DNA from: Euglena gracilis
Taxonomy: Eukaryota
Length of the DNA stretch: 64,000 nt
Direction: 5' to 3'
Assembly: GCA_039621445.1 (NCBI GenBank)
Contig: CP154954.1
Location: forward strand, 26,362,954-26,426,953
A model generated the notes under the pieces. The model searched no databases. It saw nothing but the letters and a program-made list of their open reading frames with translations, and was not told the DNA's origin. Each line of letters begins with the position of its first letter. The first letter of the stretch is position 1. Of this stretch, positions 1 through 11,767 are shown in pieces. The position numbers and the translations under genes were made by a program.

Positions 1-29
1 GGGGAGAAATTTTTGAATTACAGACCAGG

Positions 30-340
30 GGGGGGTTTGCATAAAGTCCTCCCATGTTGTCTAGTGGACATTGCAATGCATCCACTGCTGTGGCTCCCCA
101 GTGGGGCCACCTGGCCACAAATTGTGGCAGTTTTTTGTTGCCTGGTGAGGCAAAAAGGTCTGTTTTCAGGTTTATGTAATTTTTGAACTGCTGCCTCAGC
201 CATTGAAAAAGTTGGGGGACCAGGGAATAATCCCCCCTGTCCATTTCCCACCTGCTTATGGGGTCTTCCAGGCATTCCTGTGAAGGAACCCACTTTACTT
301 GTAGGTTTATGTTGTGTTCCATGCACCATTTGAAAAAGGG
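30..340 (-). pseudogene. DIRS N6-adenine methyltransferase domain (frameshifted)
   Basis: Minus-strand translation DLFASPGNKKLPQFVARWPHW...LYANPP, colinear with copy 2. Confidence 0.75.
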
Positions 341-342
341 TC

Positions 343-2979
343 TCAGCATGGAATTGAAGGGGTCTTTTCTGCCCCCCCCCCTTTTGTTAAGTAATAGTAA
401 ATTACTTGATTGTCCACTGACAGGGACACAGTTTCTCCTGGCTGGCTGAGGCTTTGAACTGTGCTTATTGCTGCACTTAATTCCTTGACATTTATGTGCA
501 AAATGGAGTTTTCTCTCCAAAATTCTTGCACAATTTTTCCTGTTCGAATGTCCAGCCCCCCCCCCCAGGCATGGGTGCTGCTGTCTGAGTGCAACTCTCT
601 GGTTGCACTTTGGGGGAAGGGTCTGCCCCCCCATGTGTCCAGCAGAAGTTTTATTTCTCTTAATTGGTCCTTTATTCTTTGAGAAATGGGGTGTTTTGAG
701 TCCCAGGGGGCTGTGGAATTTTCCACCAAAAAATTTGCCAGGGCATCCGTAAAGGCCCTTAGAAAGGGCAGGGCCCTTAGATTGCATCTGATTTGGCCCA
801 AAATGGCAGCCAGTTGCCTTTTTGACGTGTAATCTTTTTTCACTATTTTTCCCAGCTCCTTTTTTGCTGTTTTTATTTTCTGGGGGGGCACCTGTAATTT
901 TCCCTCTTGGAAGTTTAGCTGAAATCCAAGATGATTTACGATTTGGGTGGGCTGCAGGGTGGACTTTTTTACATTGATTTTGAATCCTGATTTGATTAAA
1001 TCCCTGACCACTGTGTTCAGGTGATTTTGTAAGATGTTTTGTGTTGGGGCCACCAGTAAAATGTCGTCCAGGTAAATAAATACCTGGATGCCCTTTCTCC
1101 TCCACAGCTTTTCGAATGTCTTCGTTACTGACATAAAAATTTGGGGCATTACATTTAGGCCAAAACAGCCTGCCTGGAATTCCCAGGTCTGCCCCCCCAC
1201 CTGATGTCTTAGAAAGGGCCTTAGGGCCTGGCTTACTGGGATGTGGAAGTAAGCATCCTTCAGGTCTATTTTTGCTGCCCAGTGGCCTTTTTCTAACACT
1301 GGAAAAATGTGCTGGATGCGATCCAGCTTGAAAGGTTTCACTTGGAATCGTTGATTTATTTCCCTGCAATCGCTTATTAATCTCCATTTTGTCTGCTCCC
1401 CTTCTGGTTTCGAAATCAGAAACCAGGGGATTAGGTGCTGGGTGGTTGAATCCCTCACCCTCTTTACGGATCCAGATTTTTCGTAATCCAGCAGTATTTT
1501 TTCTGCTTGGTGCAGGTTCAAATTTGCCCTGGGTTTTGGGTGGGTGGACAATTTTGGTGGTTTTACCCAAGGGGGTTGAATGCCATCCCTGATTAGTTGA
1601 CATGTTGTTGGGGGGGCATTTTTTGTCCACCATTTCAGGCTCTTTTGCAGCCTCTGATGGAGGGGGGTGTCTCCCCATTTTTCCTCCATGCAATTGATTT
1701 CTTGGATCAGATGATTGTGGGGGGGCTGGGCTGGAGATGTTGGACCTTTTAGGCTTTTTTGCAGCCTTTGATGGAGGGGGGTGTCTCCCCTTATTTCCTC
1801 CAGTGAATTTATTTTCTGGATAAGATGATTCTGGGGGGGCTGGGTTGGGGGTGTTGGACATTGCACCCCTAGGTCCCCTAGGGCTTGGGCCCTTGGAAAA
1901 AGAAATTTTTTCTGGGGGGATGTGCATGCACTCTCTCCATCTCTGCTCATCTCTCTGGATGATCTTGTTGTTGGGAGACATACCATAGGGCTTAAGGCCC
2001 CTGTTTGGCCTATCTGGTCTTCTCCATGTTGATGTGGTTGGTTGACATACCATAGGGGGGCCTCTGTGGGTCCCCCCCTTGATTGATTGATCGGGAATTG
2101 AGAAATAAATGTAGGAGGGGTTCCTGCCCCTCCCTCCAAAAGGGCCACTGTGGGTCCCTTTTCCTCCTGAGGCTGGGTCATTAAAGGGGCCACTGTGGGT
2201 CCCCTTTCCCCCCTTTTTTGGCAGAGGGCCTCTGTGGGTCCCTCGGGGGATTTCTCCAGCAGCTGTCTTAGCTTCTTGGTTGCCACTGTGGGTCCACCCT
2301 GCTGGTTGGGCATGATGCTCCTTAGCTTCTTGGTGGCCACTGTGGGTCCACCCTGCTGGTCTCCAAGGTCTTCATGTGTAAATTTTCTTCCATAATCCTT
2401 CTGCAGGTCTTCCAGGCCTTGATTTGGCCTCCAACCCCACTTGAAATCTGGGGGGGCTGCTGTGGCCCCCCCTTTTCCCCTTGAGAGGGGCTGTTGTGAT
2501 GGATGAATTGGTGGGGTTGGACAGACCTTTTCTGCCCCTTCCTGAGGGGATTTGCTTGTAAAACTGGCCCCCATGGCCCCTGTAGTGTTGTCCTCCTTGG
2601 CCTTGATTCCATCTCCCCATCCTTTGGCCAATTGTTGTATAGGCGACTGGGCGCCTTTGGGGGAGATGCCCCACATATGTGGGCTGTGGTTGTTCAATTG
2701 TGGAGCATTTTGGGCCCCCCTGGCCCATCCTTTGCCCATCAAGGGCTGGGGCAGACTTTTGTCTTCTGGGCCTTCTGGCCACAGTGGTCCAAGGACCGTG
2801 GCCGTCACTGGGGGGGGGGGGGTTTGGGATGGGAAATTTCTGGGGTGGGGGTCTGGGGGGGGGGGGGGAAACGGCCACGGTTCGCCGCGTGTCGACCGCA
2901 TCTCCAAGTTCTCCTGTTTCTGCGGCAACTGCTCCAGGACGTCCGTGGTCATGTAATCCCAATTTCTTCTCCACTGCAT
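343..2979 (-). CDS. DIRS pol: Pro/Gln-rich N-terminus, reverse transcriptase and RNase H
   Basis: Motifs WRLISDCR, KIDLKDAYFHIPV, FGL..PQIF, IYLDD; RNase H motifs HSDSS..AWG, HINVKEL, VDNQV. Frameshifted at the C-terminus. Confidence 0.92.
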   Translation of the reverse strand: MQWRRNWDYMTTDVLEQLPQKQENLEMRSTRGEPWPFPPPPPDPHPRNFPSQTPPPPVTATVLGPLWPEGPEDKSLPQPLMGKGWARGAQNAPQLNNHSPHMWGISPKGAQSPIQQLAKGWGDGIKAKEDNTTGAMGASFTSKSPQEGAEKVCPTPPIHPSQQPLSRGKGGATAAPPDFKWGWRPNQGLEDLQKDYGRKFTHEDLGDQQGGPTVATKKLRSIMPNQQGGPTVATKKLRQLLEKSPEGPTEALCQKRGERGPTVAPLMTQPQEEKGPTVALLEGGAGTPPTFISQFPINQSRGGPTEAPLWYVNQPHQHGEDQIGQTGALSPMVCLPTTRSSREMSRDGESACTSPQKKFLFPRAQALGDLGVQCPTPPTQPPQNHLIQKINSLEEIRGDTPLHQRLQKSLKGPTSPAQPPHNHLIQEINCMEEKWGDTPLHQRLQKSLKWWTKNAPPTTCQLIRDGIQPPWVKPPKLSTHPKPRANLNLHQAEKILLDYEKSGSVKRVRDSTTQHLIPWFLISKPEGEQTKWRLISDCREINQRFQVKPFKLDRIQHIFPVLEKGHWAAKIDLKDAYFHIPVSQALRPFLRHQVGGQTWEFQAGCFGLNVMPQIFMSVTKTFEKLWRRKGIQVFIYLDDILLVAPTQNILQNHLNTVVRDLIKSGFKINVKKSTLQPTQIVNHLGFQLNFQEGKLQVPPQKIKTAKKELGKIVKKDYTSKRQLAAILGQIRCNLRALPFLRAFTDALANFLVENSTAPWDSKHPISQRIKDQLREIKLLLDTWGGRPFPQSATRELHSDSSTHAWGGGLDIRTGKIVQEFWRENSILHINVKELSAAISTVQSLSQPGETVSLSVDNQVIYYYLTKGGGAEKTPSIPC

Positions 2980-2995
2980 TGCTCATTGAAGTCAA
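2372..2995 (-). CDS. DIRS ORF1/gag-like Gly/His/Gln-rich ORF overlapping pol in another frame
   Basis: SDGHG(P/S)WxTVxRRP and GHGGQ motifs recur in all three DIRS copies (also ORFs 3785+ and 9213-9755). Confidence 0.55.
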   Translation of the reverse strand: MTSMSNAVEKKLGLHDHGRPGAVAAETGELGDAVDTRRTVAVSPPPPRPPPQKFPIPNPPPPSDGHGPWTTVARRPRRQKSAPALDGQRMGQGGPKCSTIEQPQPTYVGHLPQRRPVAYTTIGQRMGRWNQGQGGQHYRGHGGQFYKQIPSGRGRKGLSNPTNSSITTAPLKGKRGGHSSPPRFQVGLEAKSRPGRPAEGLWKKIYT

Positions 2996-4699
2996 AATTG
3001 AAATTTGATAATTGAATTCTCAATTGCTGTTCGTCTGGATCGTGTCCTTCTGGATATTGAATTGATATTGACTTCTTTTCTCGGTTCTTCTTCGTTCGTG
3101 AACTCTTTTCCTTTCTTCTGGGTGTCGAAGGGCAAGTTAGGAATCAGTCAACTCCGGCGAAAAAAGGCACTAAGCGGGGCCTCCTAACCCAGCGCAGCGA
3201 ACAATCACACAACAAACCGCCGGCGAGCAAGGCACGGCCTCACAATGGCAAAGTGCGGAGCCCGAGGTGTCTTGGTGCCTTTTTCGCCGGAGTTGGCTGA
3301 TTCCTAATTACCCCTTCGACACCCAGGAGAAAGGAACGACACCTCGGGCTCCGCACTTTGCCATTGTGAGGCCATGCCTTGCTCGCCGGCGAAAAAAGGC
3401 ACTAAAGTGGGTTGCGCTGGGTTAGGAGGTCCCGCTTAGTGCCGCCTCGCCGGAGTTGGCTGCATCGTCTCCGACGTGGCGACCATGTCGCTTTCTTTTT
3501 CCCTGGGGGGGTCCCCCCCACCTCCCCCCCCTGGTCCCCATCTTTTGACCGAGGGCGTTTGAAGACAAATTTTCTTAAAGGGGTGGGGGGGTCGGGCTCA
3601 CAATATCTTTGTGCTTCGCCCTCGGTGTCCCTTCCTCCCTTCTCGGCTTGCCTCGAGGGAGTACGAATCAAATACTACACCAATTGAGCAAAGAAGAAGA
3701 CAATCAATCGATCCAAATTATCCAGAAAGCCACGCTCTTGCAGGACCTCAAATCAAAAGTTGTTGAATTTTTCGACAGGATTCAATGAAAGATGCAAATT
3801 CAAAGATGCACGGCGCTGGAGAACTTCAAGAGGGAGCAGCAGCAGAAGCTGGACAACCTGACGACGCGGGTCGACTGTGGCGAACCGTGGCTGTCACTTC
3901 CCCAAAAGAAACTTCCCCCGCAGAAATTTCCAGCACCCAAACCCCCCAAAGTGATGGCCACGGACCCTGGCAGACAGTGGTCAGAAGACCCCACAAGGGG
4001 CAGAAGCAACATCCACCAGCAGGCCACTACGGCCATTGGAGCCAGGGCCATGGGGGCCAACATTACACAACACAAAATGCATCCAAGCGGGGCTATGGCA
4101 GCCAAAACCGCACACGCCATGAAGGCAACAAAGGCCATGAAGGCACAACCGGCCATGACGGCATCTACACCATCAAAAGTCGCGGGAACAAATGCCAAGG
4201 AGGCCACCAGCACCAAGGCCCCACAGGACATGGCAGGGGCAGAAAAGGTCAAACACACACACCCCACCCTTTCTCATTCACATCACCCCTCAGGGGTCAA
4301 GGGTGGGGCCCCAGGAACCCCTCAAGTTTTCAAATGGGCTTGGCAGCCCCAAACCACTTCAGGAGTAAAGGAGTGGCCACCAGAGGCCCCCCAAGATTTT
4401 CAATGAGCATGGCGTCCCAAATCAAAGAAAAGTCAATGGAGCCAAGATTGTTATCAACAAGACCAACCGTTTCAAGGCAATTGGGGCCATCAATTATCAG
4501 AAGGGGGGAAACCCCAGAAGCCAAAAGACTGTCCCCCAACAGGGGAATTGTATATGCTACCCCAGTGGCAGGCCCAGGAGGATGCCGCCAAAGGGGCAGT
4601 GAAGGACAAGGGGGCAGCCTCCCCTCAAGTTTCTTCTTCAATGCCCATGGAAGGGACAAGTCAAAACAAGGGGGATACCTAACAAGGGGCCTCTATGGT

Positions 4700-6310
4700 A
4701 TGTCGAATGACAACACCAATGACAAAGTGGAGGATCAGAGAGCCTGTGAGAAGAGCATGCACACCCCCCAGAAACCCTTGCAGAATGCTCAAACCCAAGG
4801 GGCACCAGGGGTACAATGTCCAACGCCCCCCACCCAACCCCCAGAAAATCACCCGATTGGGAAATTAAATTCCATGGAGGAAAAATGGGTGGATACCCCC
4901 CTACACAAGATGCTTCAGAAAAGTCTAAAATGGTGGTCAAAAAAATGCCCCCCAGCAACATGTCAATTGATAATAATAAAAAATGGAATTCAACCCCCCT
5001 GGGTGAGTCCACCAAAATTGTCCACCCACCCAAAGCCCAGAGCCAACCTGGACCTGAACCAAGCAGAAAAAATTCTGCTGGGTTACAAAAAAACTGGGTC
5101 AGTGAAACGAGTTTGGGATTCAGAAACCCAGCATTTAATCCCATGGTTTTTAATTTCAAACGCAGAGGGGGGAACAACCAAGTGGAGAATGTTCAGCGAC
5201 TGCAGAGAAATCAATCAGCAGTTTCAAGTAAAACCTTTCAAGCTGGATCATATCCAGCACATTTTTCCAGTTTTGGAAAAAGGCCACTGGGCAGCAAAAA
5301 TAGACCTGAAAGATGCCTATTTTCATATTCCAGTAAGTCTGCCTAAGGCCATTTTTGAGACATCAGGTGGGGGGGGCAGCCCTGGGAATTTCAAACAGGC
5401 TGCTTTAATGCCCCAAATTTTCATGTCAGTCGTGAAAACTTTCGAGCTCTGGAGAAAAAGGGGCATCCAGGTGTTTGTTTACCTGGACGACATTTTGCTG
5501 GTGGCCCCCACCCAAAACACTTTGCAAAATCACCTGAACACAGTTTTCAAAGATTTGCTGAATTCAGGGTTCAAAATCAATGTGAAAAGTCCACCCTCCA
5601 GCCCGCCCAAGTAGTAACCCATCTGTGGTTTCAACTGAACTTCCAGGAAGGAAAGCTACAGGTGCCCCCTCAGAAATTCAAAACCATCAAAAAGGAACTG
5701 GGAAACATTGTGAAAAAAGATTACATGTCAATAAGGCAGTTGGCTGCCATTTTGGGTCAAATAAGATGCAATCTAATGGCCCTGCCCTTTTTAAGGGCTT
5801 TTACGGAAACCCTGGAAAAATTTTTGGTGGCAAAGTCCACAGCCCCCTGGGACTCAAAACACCCCATTTCTCCCGAAATCAAGGCCCAATTAAGGGAAAT
5901 AAAAATTCTGCTGGACACCTGGGGTGGCAGACCCTTCCCCCAAAATGCAACCAGGGAGTTGCACTCAGACAGCAGCACCCATGCTTGGTGGGGGGGGCTG
6001 TACATCCACACAGGAGAACTAGTGCAAGGATTTTGGAGAAAAGGCTCCATTTAAAAATAGATGTAAAGGAGCTCACTGCAGCAATCAGCACTGTGAAAAG
6101 TTTGAGCAAACCTGGGGAAACAGTTTCTTTGTCTGTAGACAACCAGGTAATTTACTATTACCCGACCGAAGGGGGGGGGGGGCAGAAAGGATCTTTCAAC
6201 ACAATGATGAGACCATTTTTCAAATGGTGCATAGAGCACCAAGTAAACCTCCAAGTCAACTGGGTGCCTTTAAAAGAATGCCTGGCAGACCCCATAAGCA
6301 GACGGGAAAT
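4700..6310 (+). pseudogene. DIRS RT-RNase H, frameshifted
   Basis: ORF pieces 3785-5614, 5662-6054 and 5625-6650 align with the copy 1 pol protein. Confidence 0.9.
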
Positions 6311-6319
6311 AGACAAGGG

Positions 6320-6650
6320 GGATTACTCCTTAGACCCCCAACTTTTTTCAATGGTTAAGACAGCAATTACAAAAATTCATAAAATTGGAAACAGATTTAT
6401 TTGCCTCCCCAGGCAACAAAAAATTACCCAATTTCGTGGCCAGATGGCCCCACTGGGATGCCACAGCCGTAAATGCATTACAATGTCCAATACAATGCAT
6501 TACAATGTCCGGGTTCTTTATGCAAACCCCCCCCTGGTCAATAATTCAAAATTTTCTCCCCAGGTTGAGAATGTTTCCCCAGACCAAAGTTTTTATGGTC
6601 ACCCCCTACTGGGATTCAGCCACCTGGTGGCCCCAATTAAAAAAAAATGA
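6320..6650 (+). pseudogene. DIRS N6-adenine methyltransferase domain
   Basis: DYSLDPQLF...DLFASPGNKKL...LYANPP(W)...VFMVTPYW, split across frames. Confidence 0.8.
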
Positions 6651-6972
6651 AAGTTCCGGGGACCCCCTTCCTGAAAATCACCCCCTACAAGGGTATGTTC
6701 ACTAATTGCAGGGGGGAACAAATGCCACCCCCAGGTGGCCCCTTCTTTGCATGATTTGCTCAGGCAAATATTGGAGGAGAGACAAATTAAGGTTAAAATC
6801 ATTGACGATTTCCTGGGGAGAAACCCAAGTTTAAAACATTGTCAGAGTGCTTTTGCACTTCTGTGGGTAATTTTGGAGCAAATGGGGTGCCCCCCCCTGA
6901 AACCACCACAGACCAAGTTGCTGAGACTTTAATACGATTATTCCAATTTTCCAAGGCCCAAGCCCGTAATGC

Positions 6973-7600
6973 ATGGGTGCAATGCTTTTGATTCCTGGGT
7001 TTGGTGGTCTAAGATTCCACACCCTGTTGACCCCTTGCAAGAGGCTTTGGAACCAAAATCTGGAGAAGTATGGGGAATTTTGGGATCCCCTCCCAATCGT
7101 CCTGTGGCTGGCCAAGGCCCCAATGCCCACTGATATTTGTACATTGCGTACACAACTTATTTTTCTCTCACGAATCCTCTGTTTATACAGATCCTCTGAC
7201 TTGGCACAAGTCAAACGAACCACCAGTGTGTTGGGTAGGGCACCCTATATAAAAATTAAGCGTAAAGGCCAGAAGTTTCACAAGTGGGAGAGGGTGGTGT
7301 CCATTCCCCAATGTCCACAAATAAGCCCCTTTCATTTAATGATGTCTTATGTGGCTGCCACACGTTCATTCGTCAGACCGGAGGGCCCCCTTCTGATTTC
7401 ATTAAAACCCTCCTTCAGGGCCATAAGTGCAGACACCGTGGCTTCTATCACAAAAGAATTTTTGGCCAAAAAAAGGGGTACCACCCCAGGTGTGGGGGGC
7501 ACACTCCACCAGATGAGCAGGAGCTGGTTTACTCAAAATTTGGGCCTATCGTCCCAACAAGTTTGTGAAATTGGCCAGTGGAGGGGGTGGAGGATTTTAC
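6973..7600 (+). pseudogene. Tyrosine recombinase of the DIRS element
   Basis: LCLYRSSDL (catalytic R), KIKRKG, frameshifted GAHSTR (HxxR) near 7495-7515, and EIGQW. Confidence 0.8.
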
Positions 7601-7629
7601 AGCCCAAAACTTTGCTGCCTGGCTGCCTG

Positions 7630-10040
7630 ATTGACATTAATTGGCGCCACCAAACATGATGTCGAAGCCCCGTGGTGTACGATCAGCAGAAAAATGAGTT
7701 CTGTATTCAGCATTAATCTCTGGACCCACTGTGGGATGATTCTCCGGGGAGGGTTTGCATAAACTGGGGTGATACCCCTTAAATTGCCTTCAAGGAATCC
7801 ATCAGCAAGCCCCTTGGTAGGGGTATCGGCAAATGAACCTGGGGAATTTTTTTGTTGCTGGGTGTGCAAAACATGTCCACCTCTGCGGTGATGTCTTTTT
7901 AAAAAAAACTGCAGAATCTGGTCGACTATGTGTAGTCTTAGGTATAATCCCCTGGGGTCTTTTTTCTCCCTGGTCAGGGAGTCTGCCAATTGCTCCTTGG
8001 TGGGAACCCAAACCACCTGCAAATTGATTTGCTTTTCTTGACAGTGGTACAGAAGGGGTTTTAAGATGAAATTTTGGTATGGCTTTTTGCCTCCCCATTT
8101 TGTTAAATAGCTTACAGCCACATGGCTGACATGAATCGCAATAGTTTGTTTTGGTTTGGCCAAAGCTTTAACTCTTTTTGATTGATGTGAAGGAAATGCA
8201 AGTCCCTCCAGGCTGGGTGGGGGTGTTGGACATTTCACAGCCCCTAGAGCCCCTAGGGCTTGTGCCCTTGGTAAAAGAAAATGTTCCTGGGGGGATGTGC
8301 CTGCACTCTCCTCTCTTCTCACTCTCTCTCTCTCTCTGGAAGATCTTTTGTTATTGGAATGCATACCATAGGGCCAGGGTTCAAAAAAGGACAGGTGGGG
8401 GGGTGGTCCGGTCCCCCCCCCCCTGCGGGCCAGGAGGGGGGGTAGGGGGGACACCCCCCTCCCCCACCTAAACAGTTGCGCGGTCTGGGTGACGGAAAAT
8501 TTTTGACCGCCCAAAACGACCAAAAGTGCCATTTTGGGCACTTTTTGGGCAAAAATGTGCCAAATATGCAAAAAAAAATTCGGCGCAAAGCGCCGGAGGA
8601 AAGAAATTGACCCTTTTGGGGGGGGGGGGTCCAGGATATCCCCCTCAGGGTCGGTCCGGACCACCTGGCAGGTGGGGGGGGGGGTCCCGACCCCCCCCCC
8701 CGCGGGCCAGGAGGGGGAGGGGACACCCCCCCACCTAAACCATGTACGCCCTCCTTATATCAAACCCTGCATAGGGCTTACTGCCCCTGTTTGGCCTATC
8801 TGGTCTGCTTGATGTTGATGGGGTTGGTAGCCATACCATAGGGGGGCCTCTGAGGGTACCCCCCTTGTTGATTGAATAAATGCTGGTGGGAAGTCTCCCC
8901 CTTCCTGTTGCCAGCTGGCCCCTGGGGGGCCATCTTCCTCCTGGGGCTGGGCAGGGGGCTGCCCATTTAAATTCAAAGCCCTTGCAGGGCTGTCCATTAG
9001 CTTCTGGGGGGCCTGTGAAGAACCCCCCAATGTGGCTTTTTGTAATTTCTGATCTTCTTGTTGAACTTTCTGGCCCCAGTGGCCTTGATGATAAAGGCCC
9101 CAATGGCCTGATTGGGTTCTGAGTCGCCATGCCATACTCACAAGGTCTTTGTGCTTCGCCCTCGGTGTCCCTTCCTCCCTGGTCGGTTTTCCTCGAGGGA
9201 GTACGAAAATCTTCAGGGGTTCTTTGGGTCCCACCCATGACCCCTGGGGGGTGGTGTGATTGAGAAAGGACGGGGATGGTGTGTCTGACCTTTTCTGCCC
9301 CTGCCATGTCCTGTAGGGTCTGGGTGCTGGTGGCCACCTTGGCATTTGTTCCAGCTACTGTTGATGCTGTAGATGCCTTCATGGCCGGTTGTGCCGTCAT
9401 GGCCCTTGTTGCCTTCATGGCCTGTGCGGTTTTGGCTGCCATTGCCCCGCTTAAATGCATTTTGTGTTTTGAATCGTTGGCCCCCATGGCCCTGGTTCCA
9501 ATGGCCGTAGTGGCCTACTGGTTGTTGTCTCTGCCCCTTGCGGGGTCTTCTGACCACTGTCTGCCAGGATCCGTGGCCATCACTTTTGGGGGTTTGGGTT
9601 GTGGAAGTTTCTTTGTGGGAAAGTTCTTTTGGGGAAGGGGCAGCCACGGTTCGCCACAGTCGACCCGCACCGTCAGGTTGTCCAGCTGCTGCTGCTTCTG
9701 CTGCTCCCTCTTGAAGTTCTCCAGCGCTATTCGGCTTGGAAATTGCATCTTCCATTGAAATCTGTCAGAAACTTCAACAATTTCAGCTTTGAGAATCTGC
9801 ACGAGCGTCTTTTTCTTGATAATTGACTTCATTGATTTCTTCTTCTGCTTTCAATTGAGGTGTTTGACGTTAAGGTGTTTGACGTTCCTGTCTTCTGGGT
9901 GTCGAAGGGCAAATTCAGAATCAGCTAACTCCGGCGAAAAAGGCGCTAAGCAGGGACTCCTCGCCCAACGCAGCAAACAATCCAAACAACACCGCCGCAA
10001 GGCATGGCCTCACAAGGGCAAAGTGCGGAGTCCGAGGTCC
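7630..10040 (-). mobile_element. DIRS-type copy 3, internally deleted (RT missing), interrupted by a MITE
   Basis: 5' terminus and gag-like region match copies 1 and 2. The sequence jumps near 8210 into the RNase H end and MTase (INLQVVWVP..QLADSLTR; VYANPP). Confidence 0.8.
8375..8769. mobile_element. hAT-like MITE family 1 (CAGGGTT...AACCCTG)
   Basis: TIRs plus 8-bp TSD CATAGGGC (8367-8374 and 8770-8777). Other copies at about 24950-25343, 32200-32604 and 36377-36783. Confidence 0.9.
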
Positions 10041-11274
10041 CCCTGGACGCTGGTTGGCTTCCACACGTGCGAGGTTGGTCCGCGGTGCATGTTAAAAAAA
10101 AAAAGGTTCCATAATAAACGGATGTAAGAAGGTGGAACCTTGGGGGTGAAGAGAACCTGCGCTTCTCCGGACCAGGCTGAATAAAATGACAATTCCCCAA
10201 CAATTTCCACCTGGATTGAAGGCAAAGACAGAGACTCCCCGACTGCACCAAAGAGCACTGCATCACATCGACGAGGCTCAAATCCAGTCCGGCAAGCTTA
10301 TGCAATGGGCCACAAGGCAGGTGCGTGCTGAAGCTTAGGTGGCGGATCTCGCAATATACGGCTTTTGCTTTGTGTGCACATTTGCGCAAATCGACGCTTT
10401 TTTCCTTCAAAACGACTACACCTGGATCCTGAAGTCAAATATGTGGAGGCGGAGATGGAAGCAGGGACTTTGCAGGTAGGGTGTCCAAGAGCAGGTGCCA
10501 CCACAGAAGGTGCATAATACCCAGCATGTGTGTTTGGGAACCTTGAAATGGCTGCCGCATGGGATGTTGCCAGAAAAATTTGGGGGCAGGTGAGACTTAG
10601 CCAGAAACGATGCCCCCAAAATTTTGACCGTGTGAGAATTCAATGGTTGGTGTGCACTTTTGTGCAAGCGAATGATGCGCGCAAATATGCAAATCAATCA
10701 TTTGTGCAAATGCGTAAACGGGCCACAGTACAAGCTGAAAGTGGTGTGCTTGTGAGTTGTACAAGTGGTTGGTTTGCACAAATGCGCAAACAGTCTGTCT
10801 GAAGTTCAGCATTTCTGCGATTTGAAAATCCTTAAATGCCAGATATTTCACAAAAGTCAAATACCACAAAAAGACCAGCTTCTGGGCCCGAATGTGGGCA
10901 TCGGTGATTGAACATATGCAAAAGAATTTTCAAAGCAACAAAATATATAAAAAACAAAAAAAAATCATCAAAACGGCATGTCCAGTGCCATCCTTGAAAA
11001 TTTAGTTTAAAGCTGCCCCTCAGCCCCAGTATTTTGGTCCGAAAGCGAGGCAAAATGCATTTGGCTGTAACTGGATGTGTCTACTCACTTGAAAATCCCT
11101 GGGTTCAGGGGGGGGCATAAAATGAAATACCCCGACACTTTATTTCACCTGTCAGACATACTGCACAACACCTCCACTTTGTGGACGCTGCTCTCCTCCT
11201 GTTTTCTCACATCTCTTGTCTCAGAAATCCCTGTTGTTAAGGTCCCAAAGCTAAAACAACATTTAGGTCAGTGT

Positions 11275-11574
11275 CAGGGGTTTTTTTTTAAGACCGGGGG
11301 GGGGGGGGGGGGGGAGGGGGTCGGCACCCACCCACCCACCCCCTGGCCACCCCCTGGGGTGGGGCCCCCCGGGGGGGGGGGGGGGGGGTCCCAGGGGACT
11401 TTTGCCCGAAAATGCTAAAAAAAGCACCTTTTTCAAAATTTTCGGCGCCAAAAGCGCCTAAAAAGATATACCCACCAGCCCCTACCCCCACCCCCCGGGC
11501 GGGGGAGGGTGGTCCAAGGGCCCCACCCACCCTCCCCCCCGGGGGAGGGGGTCCAAGACTAAAAAAAACCCCTG
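11275..11574. mobile_element. hAT-like MITE family 2 (CAGGGGTTTTTTT...AAAAAAACCCCTG)
   Basis: TIRs plus 8-bp TSD GTCAGTGT. Confidence 0.88.
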
Positions 11575-11635
11575 GTCAGTGTGTGCAATTAGAAATGTGC
11601 CATAATTTCTTCCAGATCAGTTTTTCTGAATAATG

Positions 11636-11708
11636 TAGATAGACAGATGGATAGATCGATAGATAGATAGAAAGATAATTAGATAGATAGATAGATAGAT
11701 AGATAGAT
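11636..11708 (+). repeat. (GATA)n microsatellite
   Basis: Direct reading. Confidence 0.9.
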
Positions 11709-11767
11709 GCCAAGTTTGCATTTAAGGAGAAGGGGGACCAAGCCCGAGGGCCTATCTGCCTATCCAT

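Larger units (their letters stand above)
1..3270 (-). mobile_element. DIRS-type (tyrosine recombinase) retrotransposon, copy 1; continues beyond window start
   Basis: RT-RNaseH ORF followed by an MTase remnant. The 5' terminal sequence (3110-3270) is shared with copy 3 (9890-10040). Confidence 0.9.
3690..7600 (+). mobile_element. DIRS-type retrotransposon, copy 2 (complete domain set, several frameshifts)
   Basis: Domain order gag-like, RT (KIDLKDAY, VYLDD), RNase H, MTase, tyrosine recombinase. Confidence 0.92.
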
